Origin: Chiloscyllium plagiosum
Lineage: Eukaryota
DNA: 64,000 nt
Assembly (NCBI RefSeq): GCF_004010195.1
Contig: NC_057750.1
Location: 8,337,294-8,401,293, forward strand
Reading direction: 5' to 3'
Shown: in pieces, positions 11,320 through 23,834 of the stretch
How positions within the stretch are numbered: the first letter of the stretch is position 1
Layout: each line of letters starts with the position of its first letter
Translations under genes and position numbers: made by a program
Notes under the pieces: model-generated
Told to the model about the DNA's origin: nothing
Database searches by the model: none
What the model saw: the letters and a program-made list of their open reading frames with translations, nothing else

Positions 11320-11685
11320 GCATGTAAGAAGTGATCTTATTGAAACTTAAGCGGTTTTGAGGAGGCTTGACAGGGTGGATGTGGGGAGAATGTTTTTTCT
11401 GTCACAGGGCAGTTGGAGGTGCCATTTCCTAATAAATGGTCTCCCATTTAAGACCACAATGAGGAGGATTTTTTTTTCCCTGTGAGTGATATTAATTATT
11501 GGAATTCTGTCTCCCAGAGAACTTGAGGCTGAGTACTTGAACATATTCAAGATTGAGTTAGGTTTTGTTTTTGATTGGCGATTGGTGTAGGGTGCAGGTG
11601 GGGAAGTGGAGCTGAAGCTGCCATAACCTTAGCGGTTGGTGGAACACGTCGGGGGGCTGAATGACCTCCCCCTGTTCCTGATATC
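11320..11685 (+). mobile_element. Old CR1 LINE 3' fragment
   Basis: AGAAGTGATCTTATTGAAAC...GCTTGACAGGGTGGATGT...GGGCTGAATGACCTCC. Confidence 0.65.
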
Positions 11686-11740
11686 TTGGCCAACATTCAT
11701 CTCTTATCCAACGTCGCCAAAAGAGATTACCTGCAGATAA

Positions 11741-12052
11741 GTGGCACAGTGGTTAGCACTGCTGCCTCACAGCGCCACAGACCTGGGTTCAATTTCCGCC
11801 TCAGGCAACTGTCTGTGTGGAGTTTGCACATTCTCCCCGTATCTGTGTGGGTTTCCTCCTGGTGCTCCGGTTTCCTCCCACAATCCAAAAATGTGCAGGT
11901 TAGGTGAATTGGCCATGTTAAATTGCTTGTAGTGTTAGGTGAAGGGGTAAATGTCGGGGAATGGGTCTGGGTGGGTTGCTCTTCGGAGGGTCGGTGTGGA
12001 CTTGTTGGGCTGAATGGCCTGTTTCCACACTGTAAGTAATCTAATCTAATCT
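11741..12052 (+). mobile_element. HE1-type V-SINE, well preserved
   Basis: Full head, V-domain and tail ending in TAATCTAATCTAATCT. Confidence 0.9.
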
Positions 12053-12204
12053 ATTGCTGTTAGTGGGAGATTACTGTGCACAAATTTCCTGCATTATAAC
12101 GAGTGACATTATTGGGGGAAAGTTGAGATGGTTTTTCTTGGATCATTGATGTCTGGGGAGAGAGTCAGTTGAGCTTTTCAACATCATGAAGGATTTTGTG
12201 ACCT

Positions 12205-12300
12205 TTGAGAACAAAAATTGCTGGAAAAGCTCAGCAGATCTGGCAGCATCTGGGGAGAAAAATCAGAGTTAATGTTTTGGGTCAAGTGACCCTTACTCAG
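12205..12300 (-). mobile_element. PLE pseudo-LTR fragment (hammerhead family B), degenerate core
   Basis: Reverse complement reads CTGAGTAAGGGTCACTTGACCCAAAACATTAACTC...CAGATGCTGCCAGATCTGCTGAGCTTTTCCAGC, homologous to 37045-37134. Confidence 0.65.
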
Positions 12301-12662
12301 ATTTTGTGGGCATCCCTGGCATCCTGGCATTTGTTGCCTATCCCTAATTGCCCCAAAAGGAGTGGCTGGCTAGGGCCATTTCAGATGACAGTTAAGAGTC
12401 AACAACCTTGTGTGGGTCTGGAGTCACATGGAGGCCAGACCAGGCAAGGACAGCAGATTTCCTTGCTTAAATTGAATGAGAGGGTGTTGTCATAAAGTAA
12501 TAACAGCCTCAGTAGTGGTGACCAACATTTTTAATTCCTCGGTTTTTCAGGGGAAAGAAAATTAGTTGAATTTAAATTTCATCTCTTGCTGTGGCAGGGT
12601 TTGAACCCACATCATTGTCTGTGTCTCTAGATTAGTAGTCTGGAGAGGTTATTGCCACCTCC
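12301..12662 (-). mobile_element. tRNA-derived SINE sharing the LINE-X tail ('SINE-X')
   Basis: GTTAAGAGTCAAC...GTGGGTCTGGAGTCACATG...GGCCAGACCAGG...GGTTTGAACCC; many copies in the window. Confidence 0.7.
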
Positions 12663-13389
12663 CAGTAGAGTAAATAGAGAGAAACTAGTAGGAGGTTCAG
12701 TAACAAGAGGATAAAGATTTAAAATTACTTTTCAAAAGAACCGGAGATGAATTGAGGAGAATATTTTTAAAATGCAATGACGTTTGATGTAAAATCATTA
12801 AACTGAAACAGCAAGAAATCCAACAATAATTGGTTAAAAAAGCAAATTAAATAAATGCTACAGTGGGAAAATAATCAAAAGTTTAAGGGGAGAGGGTTGT
12901 AAGAAATGTTGGGTAGCTGTGCAGAAGGGCTAGCACAGGAATTTGATGGGCAGAGTGGCTTTCTTCTCTGCTGTATCATTCCAAGAGATGGTTTAACTCT
13001 CTCTCTTCTGAAAGCAGCTTTCGGTTCCCAAAGCAACCTTCTCACTATCTTTGTACCACAAGACTGCTGTCAGATTTATCACCCAGCAAATTCTTTGCAG
13101 ACCAATGATGACATTAGAGAATTGCACAGAACCAGAGGCTGCCACATTAAAACAACAAAATAAATGTTGTTTGTGTTTCTGGAATGAGCGAGAAGAAAGA
13201 AATGACTAAGTGGATTGTGTTCGGGTGATTTGCGAGACGCTGTCATGACACGGCGTGGAACCAGGGTCGGGGGCTGAAGGGCCTGATCCTGTTCCTCGAA
13301 TTATCATTCTGTTTTTTTCCTACTTGTTACCTAGTTTGCGTTTTAGGAAAAAAAACCACCAATGCAGACTTGATGAACTAAACGGAAAG

Positions 13390-13775
13390 AGATGTTTGCA
13401 TTTGTGTGGCGCAGGTGCAACCGTGGAATACCTTGCAGCCAGCGATTTTATTTTTGAAGTGCAGGAAACACAGCCACCAGTTTATGCACAGCAAGATCCC
13501 ACAATGATAACAGAAATGGATTTTTACTTTCTTTTTTTGTGCGGCAATGATTGTGGGACAAATGGGTACAGGGGCTTCCTATCTTTTCCCGCTCACCATT
13601 GAATTGCTGCTCTGGGATTGTTACACTTACTCCTTGGTTTAACATCCCATCTGAAAGGCAGTACTTCTGACAGTGTGGGGCTCCTTAACTACTGTACTGG
13701 AGAGTCTGTATGTGGACCCCAGAAGTGAACCCATAACTTTGAGACTCTGTGGAGCAAACGTGCTGCCCACTGACA
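13390..13775 (-). mobile_element. Deu-domain SINE, degraded
   Basis: GCACAGCAAGATCCCACAA...GGTTTAACATCCCATCTGAAAGGCAGTACTTCTGACAGTG (reverse-complement Deu core). Confidence 0.65.
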
Positions 13776-15179
13776 CATTCCATAATCACCTAATAATTGT
13801 TTCATTATGAAGTCATATTTTATTACAATAATGTAATAGGCTGAATGGCCTAATCCTGTTCCTATAATTCTGATGGATTCCTGTATTCCTATAATTTGAT
13901 AGATTCCAAAGATAATACTTGACTGATTTATTACAAGATTTGGGTATTTGTAGAGGGACAGAGTAAATCTAAAAGATATGATTTAAATTTTGCTTTCAGA
14001 CTGTTGGAATCACGCCTGGAACCAATATTCAAATTACCGTATCATTGCATATTACATTTTTAAAAAATGAAAACAGGTTGCAATTTTATAGTTCTCCTTG
14101 CAATTAAAGTATATTTGATAGACCTGAAGCCAATATGCACTGTTTCCTTCAGGCTATCTGTTGGCATTTTTAGGTTTCTTTGCTATTTTCACTTTGTGGT
14201 GGGAGGAGCTTTTTTAAGATTAATTTTTTAAGAAGCGCAATTCTTTTTCTTTTTCTCCTGTCCGTTGTCACTGTGTGAAATTTGTGTTGTCAACTTTGCC
14301 ATCAGCCCCATCATAATCTCCTGCTGGCCACACCCCACTCCCCCTCCTTATGGTAACCCACAATGCCAGTGGAATGATGCCCCCACCCCCCCCTGCCCAG
14401 CGAGGAAGTGCTGCATCATCATGGGCACTTTCTGTCTGATTGGGAGGGACCAAAGGGCGGGAAGAATATTTGCACTGGATAGGGAGGGTGGGGGTTTGGT
14501 GGTTGGGGTAGTGTGGTGGGGGTTCCTGTATGATGTGAGAATCCAGTGAAGGGGAGAGAGAGGCAGTGGATATGTGCCTCTCATCTTCGTGTCACTGGGT
14601 AGGTTGGCTTTCCCATTTGGTCATGGCTGTCCAACATCTTTCCATTAAAGCAGGCTCATCCCTCACCATCCAGACTGCCAACAGGATCCTCACCATCTCA
14701 CCTTGACCAAATTCTGCCCCAGCCCCCCATGCCCATCTTGTTTGTCTGGATGGAACTTTTCCCAGTGTTTGTTTTTCTCCAGCATTTTGACCCAGTGCTG
14801 ATGAAGGATTGGATGTGTATTCCCAACGTAGGACGGTCTGGGACTTGGAGCAGAGTAGCGTTCTTACGTGCCTGTTGGCTGCAATCATTTCAACAATGCA
14901 AGTCATATGTTGTGTAGGTGCTGTTAAAGGAGGGAAACTGCTCTGCTTGTTGTGAATTTAGACGGTGTATTCCCACTGAACCCCGAGAGAAATTGGAGAG
15001 TGAGAGTTGAGAAGTTTTGCTGTACCTACAGGGAGCGTCTTGGTGAGATGGGATATCATCCATTGCTCTGCATTGTAGCTTTCGAGGCAAAGGATGTGTC
15101 TAGAGATCACTTTGTACTGCCTGCACCAATTTACTGTAAATAAATCCACCAAAGATCTTCAAGCCAACAGAATTGGCCA

Positions 15180-15253
15180 GTCTCTGTGGTCCAATTGGTC
15201 ATTGTGTTTGGCTGTTAACCAGGAGGTTGGTGGTTCAAGACCACCTGGGAATG
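15180..15253 (+). pseudogene. tRNA-Asn(GTT) pseudogene
   Basis: 74 nt aligning without gaps to the vertebrate tRNA-Asn(GTT) sequence as recalled (GTCTCTGTGG...GGCTGTTAACC...GGTTGGTGGTTC.AG.CCACC). About 17 substitutions, many at CpG sites. Followed by TTTT. Confidence 0.8.
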
Positions 15254-15382
15254 GAGCTTTTGTTGTTTCCGTTCTGTCATGTTTCTTTGTTGCATTCTTC
15301 TGGGTTGTCAATGGGGGTTAGAAAAATGTTCCCCAAACAGAAATCTTATCCAGTGAGTAAACACAAAAGTGTTTCTATATAG

Positions 15383-15722
15383 GGGATGGCTCAGTGGTTA
15401 GCACTGCTGCCTTACAATGCCAGGGACTCAGGTTTGATTTCATCCTTGGGCGACTGTCTGCGTGGAGTTTGCATGTTCTCTCCGTGTCTGCGTGGACTTC
15501 CTCCGGGTACTTTGGTTTCCACCCACAGTCCAAAGATGTGCAGGTTAGGTGGATTGGCCATGCTAAATTGTCCCATATTGTCAAGGGATGTGCAGGCTAG
15601 GTGGATTATCCAAGGGAAATGCAGGGTTACAAGGATGGGGTGGGTCTGGTTGGGATGCAGTTCAAGGGGTCAGTGTAGATTTGATGGGCTGAATGGCTTG
15701 CTTCCAGGATTCTGATTCTATG
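15383..15722 (+). mobile_element. HE1-type V-SINE
   Basis: TGGCTCAGTGGTTAGCACTGCTGCC head, V-domain and ATTCTATG tail. Confidence 0.85.
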
Positions 15723-15754
15723 TATTATGTGTAGCATAATTAATCGCTGCAATG

Positions 15755-16050
15755 GGAAGTCTAGAATTAGGGATGACAGTCTTGGAGTAAGTGACTAGCT
15801 CTTTAAGAGATGTTAAGATAAATTTCTGCACTTTGCTTGTGAACCTTTGGAATTCTCCACCCGAGAGAGTTGTAGTGGCAGAGCTGTTGAATGCAGAATG
15901 TTTCAGACAAGAACTGATGAATTTTTTTTTTGGTTTGGAGGGAATTGAGGGATATGGGGATAGGAGAGGAAGGTGGATTTGAGATTGATAATCAGCCAGG
16001 ATTGTCAATGGCGGGACAAGCTCAAAACACTGTATGACATATTCATTCTT
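15755..16050 (+). mobile_element. Old CR1 LINE 3' fragment
   Basis: ORF 15791-15982 contains VNLWNSPPERVVVAE...F, the CR1 ORF2 terminus. Confidence 0.65.
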
Positions 16051-17254
16051 TTAAATTCTGATTCCAGCCCAATCTGATTTTATTTGTCTGCAGTAACCGG
16101 ATGTTAGACAGTAATCACGATCAAAAATCTCTTTCTTGTGACCCACTGTTTCAGAAATATGCAAAGACATTAATTGAATAACACATGGTGAGAAAAATAG
16201 ATGACTTGTCCATAAATTTTACATCCTATAACATGCTGAATATATAGAGATGTCTTGTCTCTAAGCTGTAATCTGCCTCAATTGTACTTGCTTTCGAAAA
16301 AGTAGGATTTATAATACAGTTTGGAGGAGGATGAAATCCCAGCATTTTTACATCTGTCAGAATGGGAGACGGTTTTATTTTGGTCAATGTAAGGTTGTTA
16401 AATGGACGATAAACAACATTTGTAATATGAATCATTGAAGTAAAATGTTTTTAATGTCTTTAAGTAATTTGTTAGGATTGGAAATGTAATATTATTTTCT
16501 GAATGAATGAAGCAACAGTTGCTCTTGCTGTCTGTTTCTTGTAAAAGTTTCTCTCTGTGAATTTCACTGTACTTTTGTCTCTTTCTGCTTGTTTGCATCT
16601 CTGCTCCAACTACTTGTGTCTCTGTCATGTTCTCTCTTTTTGACTTTTGACCTTTGTGTGACAATCTCTAGGTTTATCTCTTCCTCACTTTCTCTAATCT
16701 TCAATATTTCTCACCCTAGGTATCTTACTCTTGCTTTCAATCTATCTTGTGGACTTTGAGTTGCAGGTTCTTGCTTTCTCATGTTCTCCTTGCACACTCT
16801 TTTTGCTTGTGCGCACCCTTTATATGTCACACTTTCTTTCAATCTCTCTCTTACCGGGTTAAAATGATATGCTCTCCCTTTCTCTTTGAATTCATCTCAA
16901 GCTGAGCTACAAATCTGACACGACTTGTGTTTTCTATTGCATCTTTCACAACCTGAGAATTTTTATTTATGTGTCACTGTGTGGGTAGTATGTCTCTCAT
17001 TTAGAGCAGAAAAGATGGACCGAATGGTCTCCTTTTGTTGTGTAAATTGCTTTCACAGTCTGGCATCTCAAAGCAATTTGAAGTCACTGCTTTCCCTCCA
17101 AACTGTTGCAATCCCAACACCTTGTACCTAGTCTCCATTCCACAACAGAGGGGAAAAGTAGTCAGAAAAGACTTGCATTTATGTAGCACCTCGCCAAAGC
17201 TCAGCATGGTCTCTTGTGGTCCGAGTGCTTTACTACCCATGTGGTGCTTTCTTG

Positions 17255-17470
17255 ATTAGAATCTAGAATTTAAGCTAATCTGACCACATAATCACCATTG
17301 ATTTATAGTTTTTAAAAAAACCATCTCATTCACTGATGCCCATTACCTGGTCTGGGCCACGTGTGACTTCAGATCCACAGTAATGGGATTGACTCTTAAC
17401 TGCTTTCTGGGCAATTAGGGGGTACGGTAATAAATGCCAGCGATGCCAACATCCTATGAACAAATTTAAA
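17255..17470 (+). mobile_element. SINE-X 3' part
   Basis: TTACCTGGTCTGGGCCACGTGTGACTTCAGATCCACAG...AATAAATGCCAGCGATGCCAACATCCTATGAA. Confidence 0.65.
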
Positions 17471-17711
17471 AAGGAAAGGCTGTCTAGTCCAATGCACAAT
17501 CCTTTCACCTTATAATGTGTGATCTCGCTCCGTTGGCATCTCCCTTAAAATTTCTGATCATGGTTTCTATTGGCTCTCCTTCCTGCATTTCTGTTCTCAT
17601 GGTGCTAACTGGCGTTCACCCTTAAGCAAGAAGCCGTGAGGCTCCCCAGCTCCCTCCTTATTCAGCTTTGAGTTAATTGCAGTGCTCTAAGGGACTGAAT
17701 TTTGTTTTCCA

Positions 17712-18570
17712 TGACTATTAGGGCGTCTATAGTACGATCCCAATAAGGTACTCATCCCTTTTTTACTTCAATTCCACCTAAATAACTTCCCTGGACATAT
17801 TCCAAGAAATATCCTCCTTAAGTACAGCCGTAATGTTATCCCTTGATAAAAACGCTACTCCCCCTCCTCACTTGGCTCCCCCCCTTTCTATCCTTCCTAT
17901 AGCATTTGTATCCTGGAACATTTAGCCGCCAGTCCTGTCCATCCCTGAGCCACATCTCTGCAATTGCTATGATACCCCAGTCCCATGTTCCGAACCATGC
18001 TGTGTTCATCAGCCTTTCCTGTTAGGCCTCTTACATTGAAATAAATCCAGTTTAATTTATCTTGTTCTCTGCTTTGTTCCTGACTGTTTGTGACTCGCTT
18101 CTTCTCCCAACTGTACCAGTCTCAGACAGATCTCTTTCCTCACTCTTTCCCTGGGTCCCACCCCCTACCTTAATAGTTTAAATCCTCCCAAGCAGCTCTA
18201 GCAAATCTTCCTGCCAGCATGTTAGTCCCCTTCCAATTCAGGTGCAATCCGTCCTCCTTGTACAGGTCATTTCTACCCCAGCAGAGATTTCAATGATCCA
18301 AAAATGTGAACCCTTCTCCCGTGAACCAGCTCCTCAGCCACGCATTTATCTGCTTTATCCTCCTATTCCTACCCTCACCAGCTCGAAGCATTGGGAGTAA
18401 CCCAGATATTACTATCCTCAAGGACCTCCTTTTTAAATTCCTGCCTAACTTCCCTATATTCTCCCTTCAGAATCTCATCTTTTTCCCTTCCTATGTCATT
18501 GTTCAAATGTGTACAACGACCTCCTTCTAATCCCACTCCCCTTTGAGAACATTCTACACTCTCTCCGAGA
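17712..18570 (-). mobile_element. CR1 LINE internal fragment: ORF1 esterase (SGNH) end and ORF2 APE endonuclease start
   Basis: Minus strand reads IVISGLLP...INAWLRSW...DLYKEDGLHLNWKGTNMLAGRF (ORF1 esterase), then IIAIAEMWL...WRLNVPGYKCYRKDR...GGGVA (APE), with stops. Confidence 0.85.
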
Positions 18571-19190
18571 TATGCTTTCCTTTATTGGTCAGAGCATTGC
18601 GTATAGGGGTTGGAAGGTCCTGTTGTGGCTATACAGGACAATGGTTCGGCTTTTTGAATATTGTGTGCAATTCTGGTCTCCCTCCTCCAGGAAGGATGTT
18701 GTGAAACTTGAAAGGGTTCAGAAAAGATTTACAAGGATGTTGCCAGGGCTGGAGCTGTAGGGAGAGGTTGAATACACTGGGGCTGTTTTCTCTGGAACGT
18801 TGGGGCTGACGGGTGACCTTGTAGAGGTTTATAAAATCATGAGGGTCATGGATAGGGTAAACAGACAAGGTCTTTTCCCTGGGATGGGGGAGTCCAGAAC
18901 CAGAGGGCATAGGTTTAAGGTGAAAGGGGAAAAATTTAAAAGGGGCCTAAAAGGCAACTGTTTCACAGAGAGGGTGTTACGTGTATGGAATGAGCTGCCA
19001 GAGGAAGTGGTGGAGGCTGGTACAATTACAGCATTTAAAAGGAATCTGGATGGGTATATGAATAGGAAGGGTTTGGAGGGATATCGGCCAAATGCTGGAA
19101 AATGGGACTAGATTTGGTTAGGATAACTGGTTGGCATGGACAAGTTGGACCGAAGGATCTGCTTCCGTGCTGTACATCTCTATGACTCAA
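18571..19190 (+). mobile_element. CR1 (HER1-like) LINE 3' end
   Basis: EYCVQFWSP...DVVKLERVQKRFTRMLPGL...GDLVEVYKIM...RVWNELPEEVVEAGT...; CTATGACT tail. Confidence 0.9.
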
Positions 19191-19894
19191 TGAATGGGCG
19201 CCCCTTTGTCCCTCGAGCTTCATAGCTTGACGTGTGATGCCACACTCCCTGAAGTGCCTGATTATTCCTTTCTTTAGAGCTTGTCCTTGCCAGGAACCTT
19301 GGCCCTCAAACCTGTCCCAAGATTTGCAATCATCTATTTCCCCCTCAAAAAAAATCCCTGGTTGTAATTTGCTTATTCCTGAAGGCAAGGACGTGTCTTT
19401 CCCCTTTAAAACAGATTATGAGTAAGAGATGGACAGTTTCTGGGCAATGTACACAAGAAATCAGATGAAATTCAATAAGGACTTTAGCAGAATTACGAAA
19501 TAATTACAGAAAATCCATTTATATGTAAATCCTTGCCAAGCCTGGGACTCTCGATGACTTAAGTCAATACTTTGCTGTGGAGATACATTCAGTCAACCAC
19601 AGCCCTTTTAGTTTTACAGTCAGTCATTGCAAGGATGTTAATCTTGCAGCATTTACACTCATCTATTGCCAACTAATAATTATGGAGTTTCACATTCTAG
19701 TCATTGGAGGGAGAGAGTTGTAGATTTCACAGGATGATATAAACTCTGAGGGTTAGGTTATGAAGGGGAGATTTCACAAAGCAGAGGTGCATTGCCTGGA
19801 ATTTAGGTTAAAGGATGAGTTGATAGATTTTTTTAACATATTAAGAGAAATAGAGAAAACTCTCTCACCTACCTATCTCCACTCTTAGGAAGTT

Positions 19895-20520
19895 AGAGTC
19901 ATTGAGATGTACAGCATGGAAATAGACCCTTCGGTCCAACTTGTCCATGCTGACCAGATATCCGAAATTAATCTAGTCCCATTATCCAGTATTTGGCCCA
20001 TATCCCTCTAAACTCTTCCTTTTTATGTACACATCCAGATGCCTTTCAAATGTTGTAATTGTACCTGCCTCCACACATCCTCTGGCAGCTCATTCCATGC
20101 ACACACCACCCTCTGCATGAAAATGTTGCCCCTCAGGTTCCTTTTAAATCTTTCCCCTCTCACTTTAAGCCAATGCCCACGAGTTTTAGATTCCCCTACC
20201 CTGAAGAAAAGATCTTGTCTATTCACCTATCCATGCCCCTCATGATCTTAAAAACCTCTATAAGGTCACCTCTCAGTCTCCAAAACTCCAGGGAAAATAG
20301 CCCCAGCCTATTCAGCCTCTCCATATTGCTCAAACCCTTCAACCCTGGCAACATCCTCATAAATCTTTTCTGAACCCTTTCAAGTTTCACAACATCCATC
20401 TGAAAGCAGGGAGACCAGAACTGAACACTGTATTCCAAAAATGGCCTAACCGATGTCCTGTACAGCAGCAACATGACGTCTCAACTCCTATACTCAATGC
20501 TCCGATCAATAAAGGCAAGC
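19895..20520 (-). mobile_element. CR1 LINE 3' end
   Basis: ORF 20223-20474 LYRTSVRPFLEYSVQFWSP...RGDLIEVFKIMRG. Confidence 0.9.
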
Positions 20521-20819
20521 TGAGGATAAACGGGCATGGGTTATAAATTAAAACCAAGCCTTTGAGGATAGAATTGTGGTGACAGTGGATTTGAAGACTC
20601 CCGTGGATTATATTGAAGAACATTTCCTGGGTGGAGGGAATCCTGGCCAATTTTCATTCCTTAACTAACATGACTAAAGAAACAAATCATCTGGGGATAA
20701 ATTATCAGTCACTTGAGAGAGGAAATTTGATAATTCAGCTGGTGAAGAAGGGAGTGATCTTGCTGAATTGAAGGTGATAGGCGAGAACTCTATTCCACAT
20801 ATATATTCCTCAGTGTCTA

Positions 20820-21140
20820 AAACCCAGGCGGACACTCCTGGTTTCAGTATAGAGGGAGTGCTGCACTGCCGGCTGGGCTGATGTCTTCCATTAGACGTTA
20901 AACCAGATGTTGCTATTTTGAAGAAGTGAATGGAAGTTCTAGATCTCTTGGGCACCATCTTCTCCCGAATCGGCATCCCAAATCCAATGTTCTAGTCATT
21001 TATCATTTTGGTATTTGGTGGGAGCTTACCGTGTGCAAATTGTCTCCCATCTTCTTATATTATAATACTGGCCACAGCTTAGAAACTCCTTAATTGGATG
21101 TAAAGGACTTTGGTACGTCTTCATTAATGCAAATCTTTCT
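20820..21140 (+). mobile_element. Deu-domain SINE
   Basis: GAGGGAGTGCTGCACTG...AGACGTTAAACC...GTGGGAGCTTACCGTGTGCAAATTG...TAATGCAAATCTTTC. Confidence 0.7.
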
Positions 21141-22064
21141 GGCAGATGGAATGTTTTCTCAAAACTGTTAAGTTAAATCTTAAGTGACTGAAATAAAGTG
21201 TTTATGTTTAAAGAGCAAATGGATGTGTTCACAGCTTTTTTTTGTGGCCTTCTCTGTAATTCCTTTTCTTCACAATTTGGGCTAACCAATTTGTACACAG
21301 TGAGATTTTGCGGTTGAATTAAGTGAGCAGTTACCATCCTACTTGGGTACATTGGTTGAGAGTAGAATGTTTTAATTATGCCTTGGGGTCTTTGATGTCT
21401 AACTGTGAAGGTTGACTGGAACTTGAAATTTACATCTTTTCCAAACGATGTGGTTTGCTGGCACTGTGGCACCCTCTGTGTACTGCGTTGGGAGTGTGGG
21501 CCTGGATTATACATTCCAGTCCTGAAGTGGGGCTCAAATCCATAGCCTTCTCAATCAAAAATGAGGGTCTTGTTACCAAGTCAAGCCGATACCAGGAGGC
21601 TTAAACGATTTAGCTTTGAATCTTGTTGGCAGTTTGATGACTGAAACTGGAAAGCAAATTCAGGAGGGCAAAGGGTTGATTTAAACCAGAGGGATCCACG
21701 ACCTCTGCCACTTGCACAAACTCCAAATCAATCAGTTTGTGTGCTTCGACTCTAAGCGCTGTCTCTCAGTAATTAGATCTTGCAATAAAATTTAATCTGC
21801 TGTTCCCAATCAGATGGAACCAGCCTGCAGCTCCCAGGATTTTCTGTCCCACAATTGAAAACTGAACACACAGCTGCTTTGTTGTGGCAAACTTGCATCA
21901 TTTCAGAAGCAAGTGGCACTCGAATCGCGCTCTGTTCCTGAATTTTTGTACAATCTGATAGTGACTTGGGCGATGCTCCCTCGGGCATGAGGTCAAATAA
22001 TTGAAAAGGGCGGAGGGACTCCATTTAGCTTAACAGAAAGATGCCCCAAATAATTTATTTTGGT

Positions 22065-22370
22065 TGAAAGACTGGAGGTCTAAAATAAGCTGAGAATGGT
22101 GGAGAAACTATGCAGGTCTGGCAGCATTTGTGGTGAATGGGAAATAGAGTTAACGTTTCAAGTCCAGTACAACTGAGCAGACATACTAGACTTGACACAT
22201 TAACTTTATTTCTCTCCCCACAGATGTTGCCAGACCTCCTGAATTTGTCCAGCATTCTCGATGTTTGTTTCAGATCTCCAGCGTCCAAAGTATTTTGCCT
22301 TTAATGAAAGCAGAGAGTGCTGGAGAAATTGGCAGCATCTGTGGAGAGGTAGCAGTGTTAATGTTTCAAC
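22065..22370. mobile_element. Inverted pair of family-B PLE pseudo-LTRs (hairpin) plus a further partial copy
   Basis: GGTCTGGCAGCATTTGTGG...AGAGTTAACGTTTCAAGTCCAGTA is mirrored by TACTAGACTTGACACATTAACTTT...CCACAGATGTTGCCAGACC. Confidence 0.7.
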
Positions 22371-22374
22371 TCCA

Positions 22375-22705
22375 TAGAATCCTTACAGTGTGGAAACAGG
22401 CCCTGCGGCCCATCAAGTCCACATCGACCCTTCAAAGAGTAACCCACCCAGACCCATTCCTCTACCCTATTATCCTCTATTTACCCCTGACTAATGCACC
22501 TAACCTACACATCTCTGAACACTATGAGCAATTTAGCATAGTCAGTTCACTCTAACCTGCACATCTTTGGATTGTGGAAGGAAACCCACGCAGACACAGG
22601 GGGAACGCGCAGACTCAACACTGACAGTCGCCCGAGGTTGGAATCGAACCCAAGTCCCTGGCACTGTGAGGCAGCAGTGCTAGCCATTGAGCCACTGTGC
22701 CACCT
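22375..22705 (-). mobile_element. HE1-type V-SINE
   Basis: Reverse complement of the head (GAGGCAGCAGTGCTAGCCATTGAGCCAC) and tail (ACAGTGTGGAAACAGGCC). Confidence 0.85.
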
Positions 22706-22709
22706 AGTT

Positions 22710-23450
22710 TGAGTCTTCCTAGGAACTGGAGCATGGTGGTCTTTATGCTGTGGACAGAGGGGGAGAATGAGCAAGTAGAGCAGAGGATGAGGGTTCCCAG
22801 AGCAGAAGACAAAAGGATTAATAGCAGTGGTAAAGGAGTAATGGAGATGTAAAATAGGAGTAAATAAATGTGTGAAAGTGAGAATTGGGTCCACTCTGCT
22901 GATAGCAAAGCCAACAAGATACAAACAAGAGACAGCCTGGGGAGGAGGGGTAGTAAAATCAGAGGTAAAAGGTCAGGCTCTGAAATTGTGGAACTTGAAT
23001 CGAGTCGAAAAAACATGGTGCTGGAAAAAGCACAGTAGGTCAGGCTGTGTCCGAGGAGCAAGAGAGTCAACATTTAAGGCATAACCCTTGCGGACCGGGG
23101 TGGGGGAGGGGAAGGGGGCTGAGAGATAAATAGCGGGAGGTGCTAGGGGAAATGTAGGGGTGATAGGTTGGCGAAGGTAGGAGGTGATGGTGATAGGTCA
23201 GCGGGAAGTTTGGAGCCTGAGATGCTGTGAAGTGTCTGAATCGAAGGTGTTCCTCCAGAGTGCATTGAACTTTGTTGGGACAATACAGCAGGCTCAGGTC
23301 AGAAATGTTAGCATGAGGGCAAGGTGCTTTATTGAGATGGCAAGGAACTGGGAAGTCCTACAGACAGAGGAGAAGTGTTCTGCAAAGTCGTCAGCCAGTT
23401 TGTTTTGTCCCTCTAATGTAGAGGAGACCCGCAAATTTCTTTTGGGTATC
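22710..23450 (-). mobile_element. Old PLE endonuclease/3' region with a younger family-A pseudo-LTR (~23000-23205) inserted
   Basis: Minus strand GGTCTCCTCTACATT (GLLYI)...GACTTTGCAGAACAC (DFAEH), homologous to 46440-47570. The insert carries GCTGGAAAAAGCACAGTAGGTCAGGC. Confidence 0.6.
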
Positions 23451-23834
23451 CACTCCAACCTAGAAAGATCTCAAGGTAGACTCTCCGTTGATCTGTGGGA
23501 CGTGTTGGTGTTTGAACTTGATCCTGGCTGAGAGAGGTTTCAATCATCGTACGCCCGAATCACAGTCACTTGGTTGTCCATATTCCCTCTATAAATCATT
23601 GAAACGCCTCAATTTTGCAAATATTTCATTTCCATGTTCATCCAATTCCTTTTTGAAAGCTTCAGTTGCACGAATCCCTTACAACACTACATTGCAAATT
23701 ATTCATAACCCTGATCAAATTCCAGCCTGCAACTCATTTTAGCTGTCTATTGTTCAATTTGTATGCCATCCAAAACCCTAAATTCTGTTGTCTTTCAACT
23801 TAGTCTTGGTTATTAAGATTTGACAGTACACAAA

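Noticed and set aside
11741..11810. tRNA-like sequences at HE1 and other SINE heads
   Set aside because: They continue into SINE bodies and lack a full cloverleaf, so they are not tRNA genes.
14770..14830. Acceptor-like TTTTTCTCCAG followed by CTGATGA (possible exon, hammerhead or C/D snoRNA)
   Set aside because: No stem II/GAAA, no convincing terminal stem or box pairing, and no recognisable coding frame.
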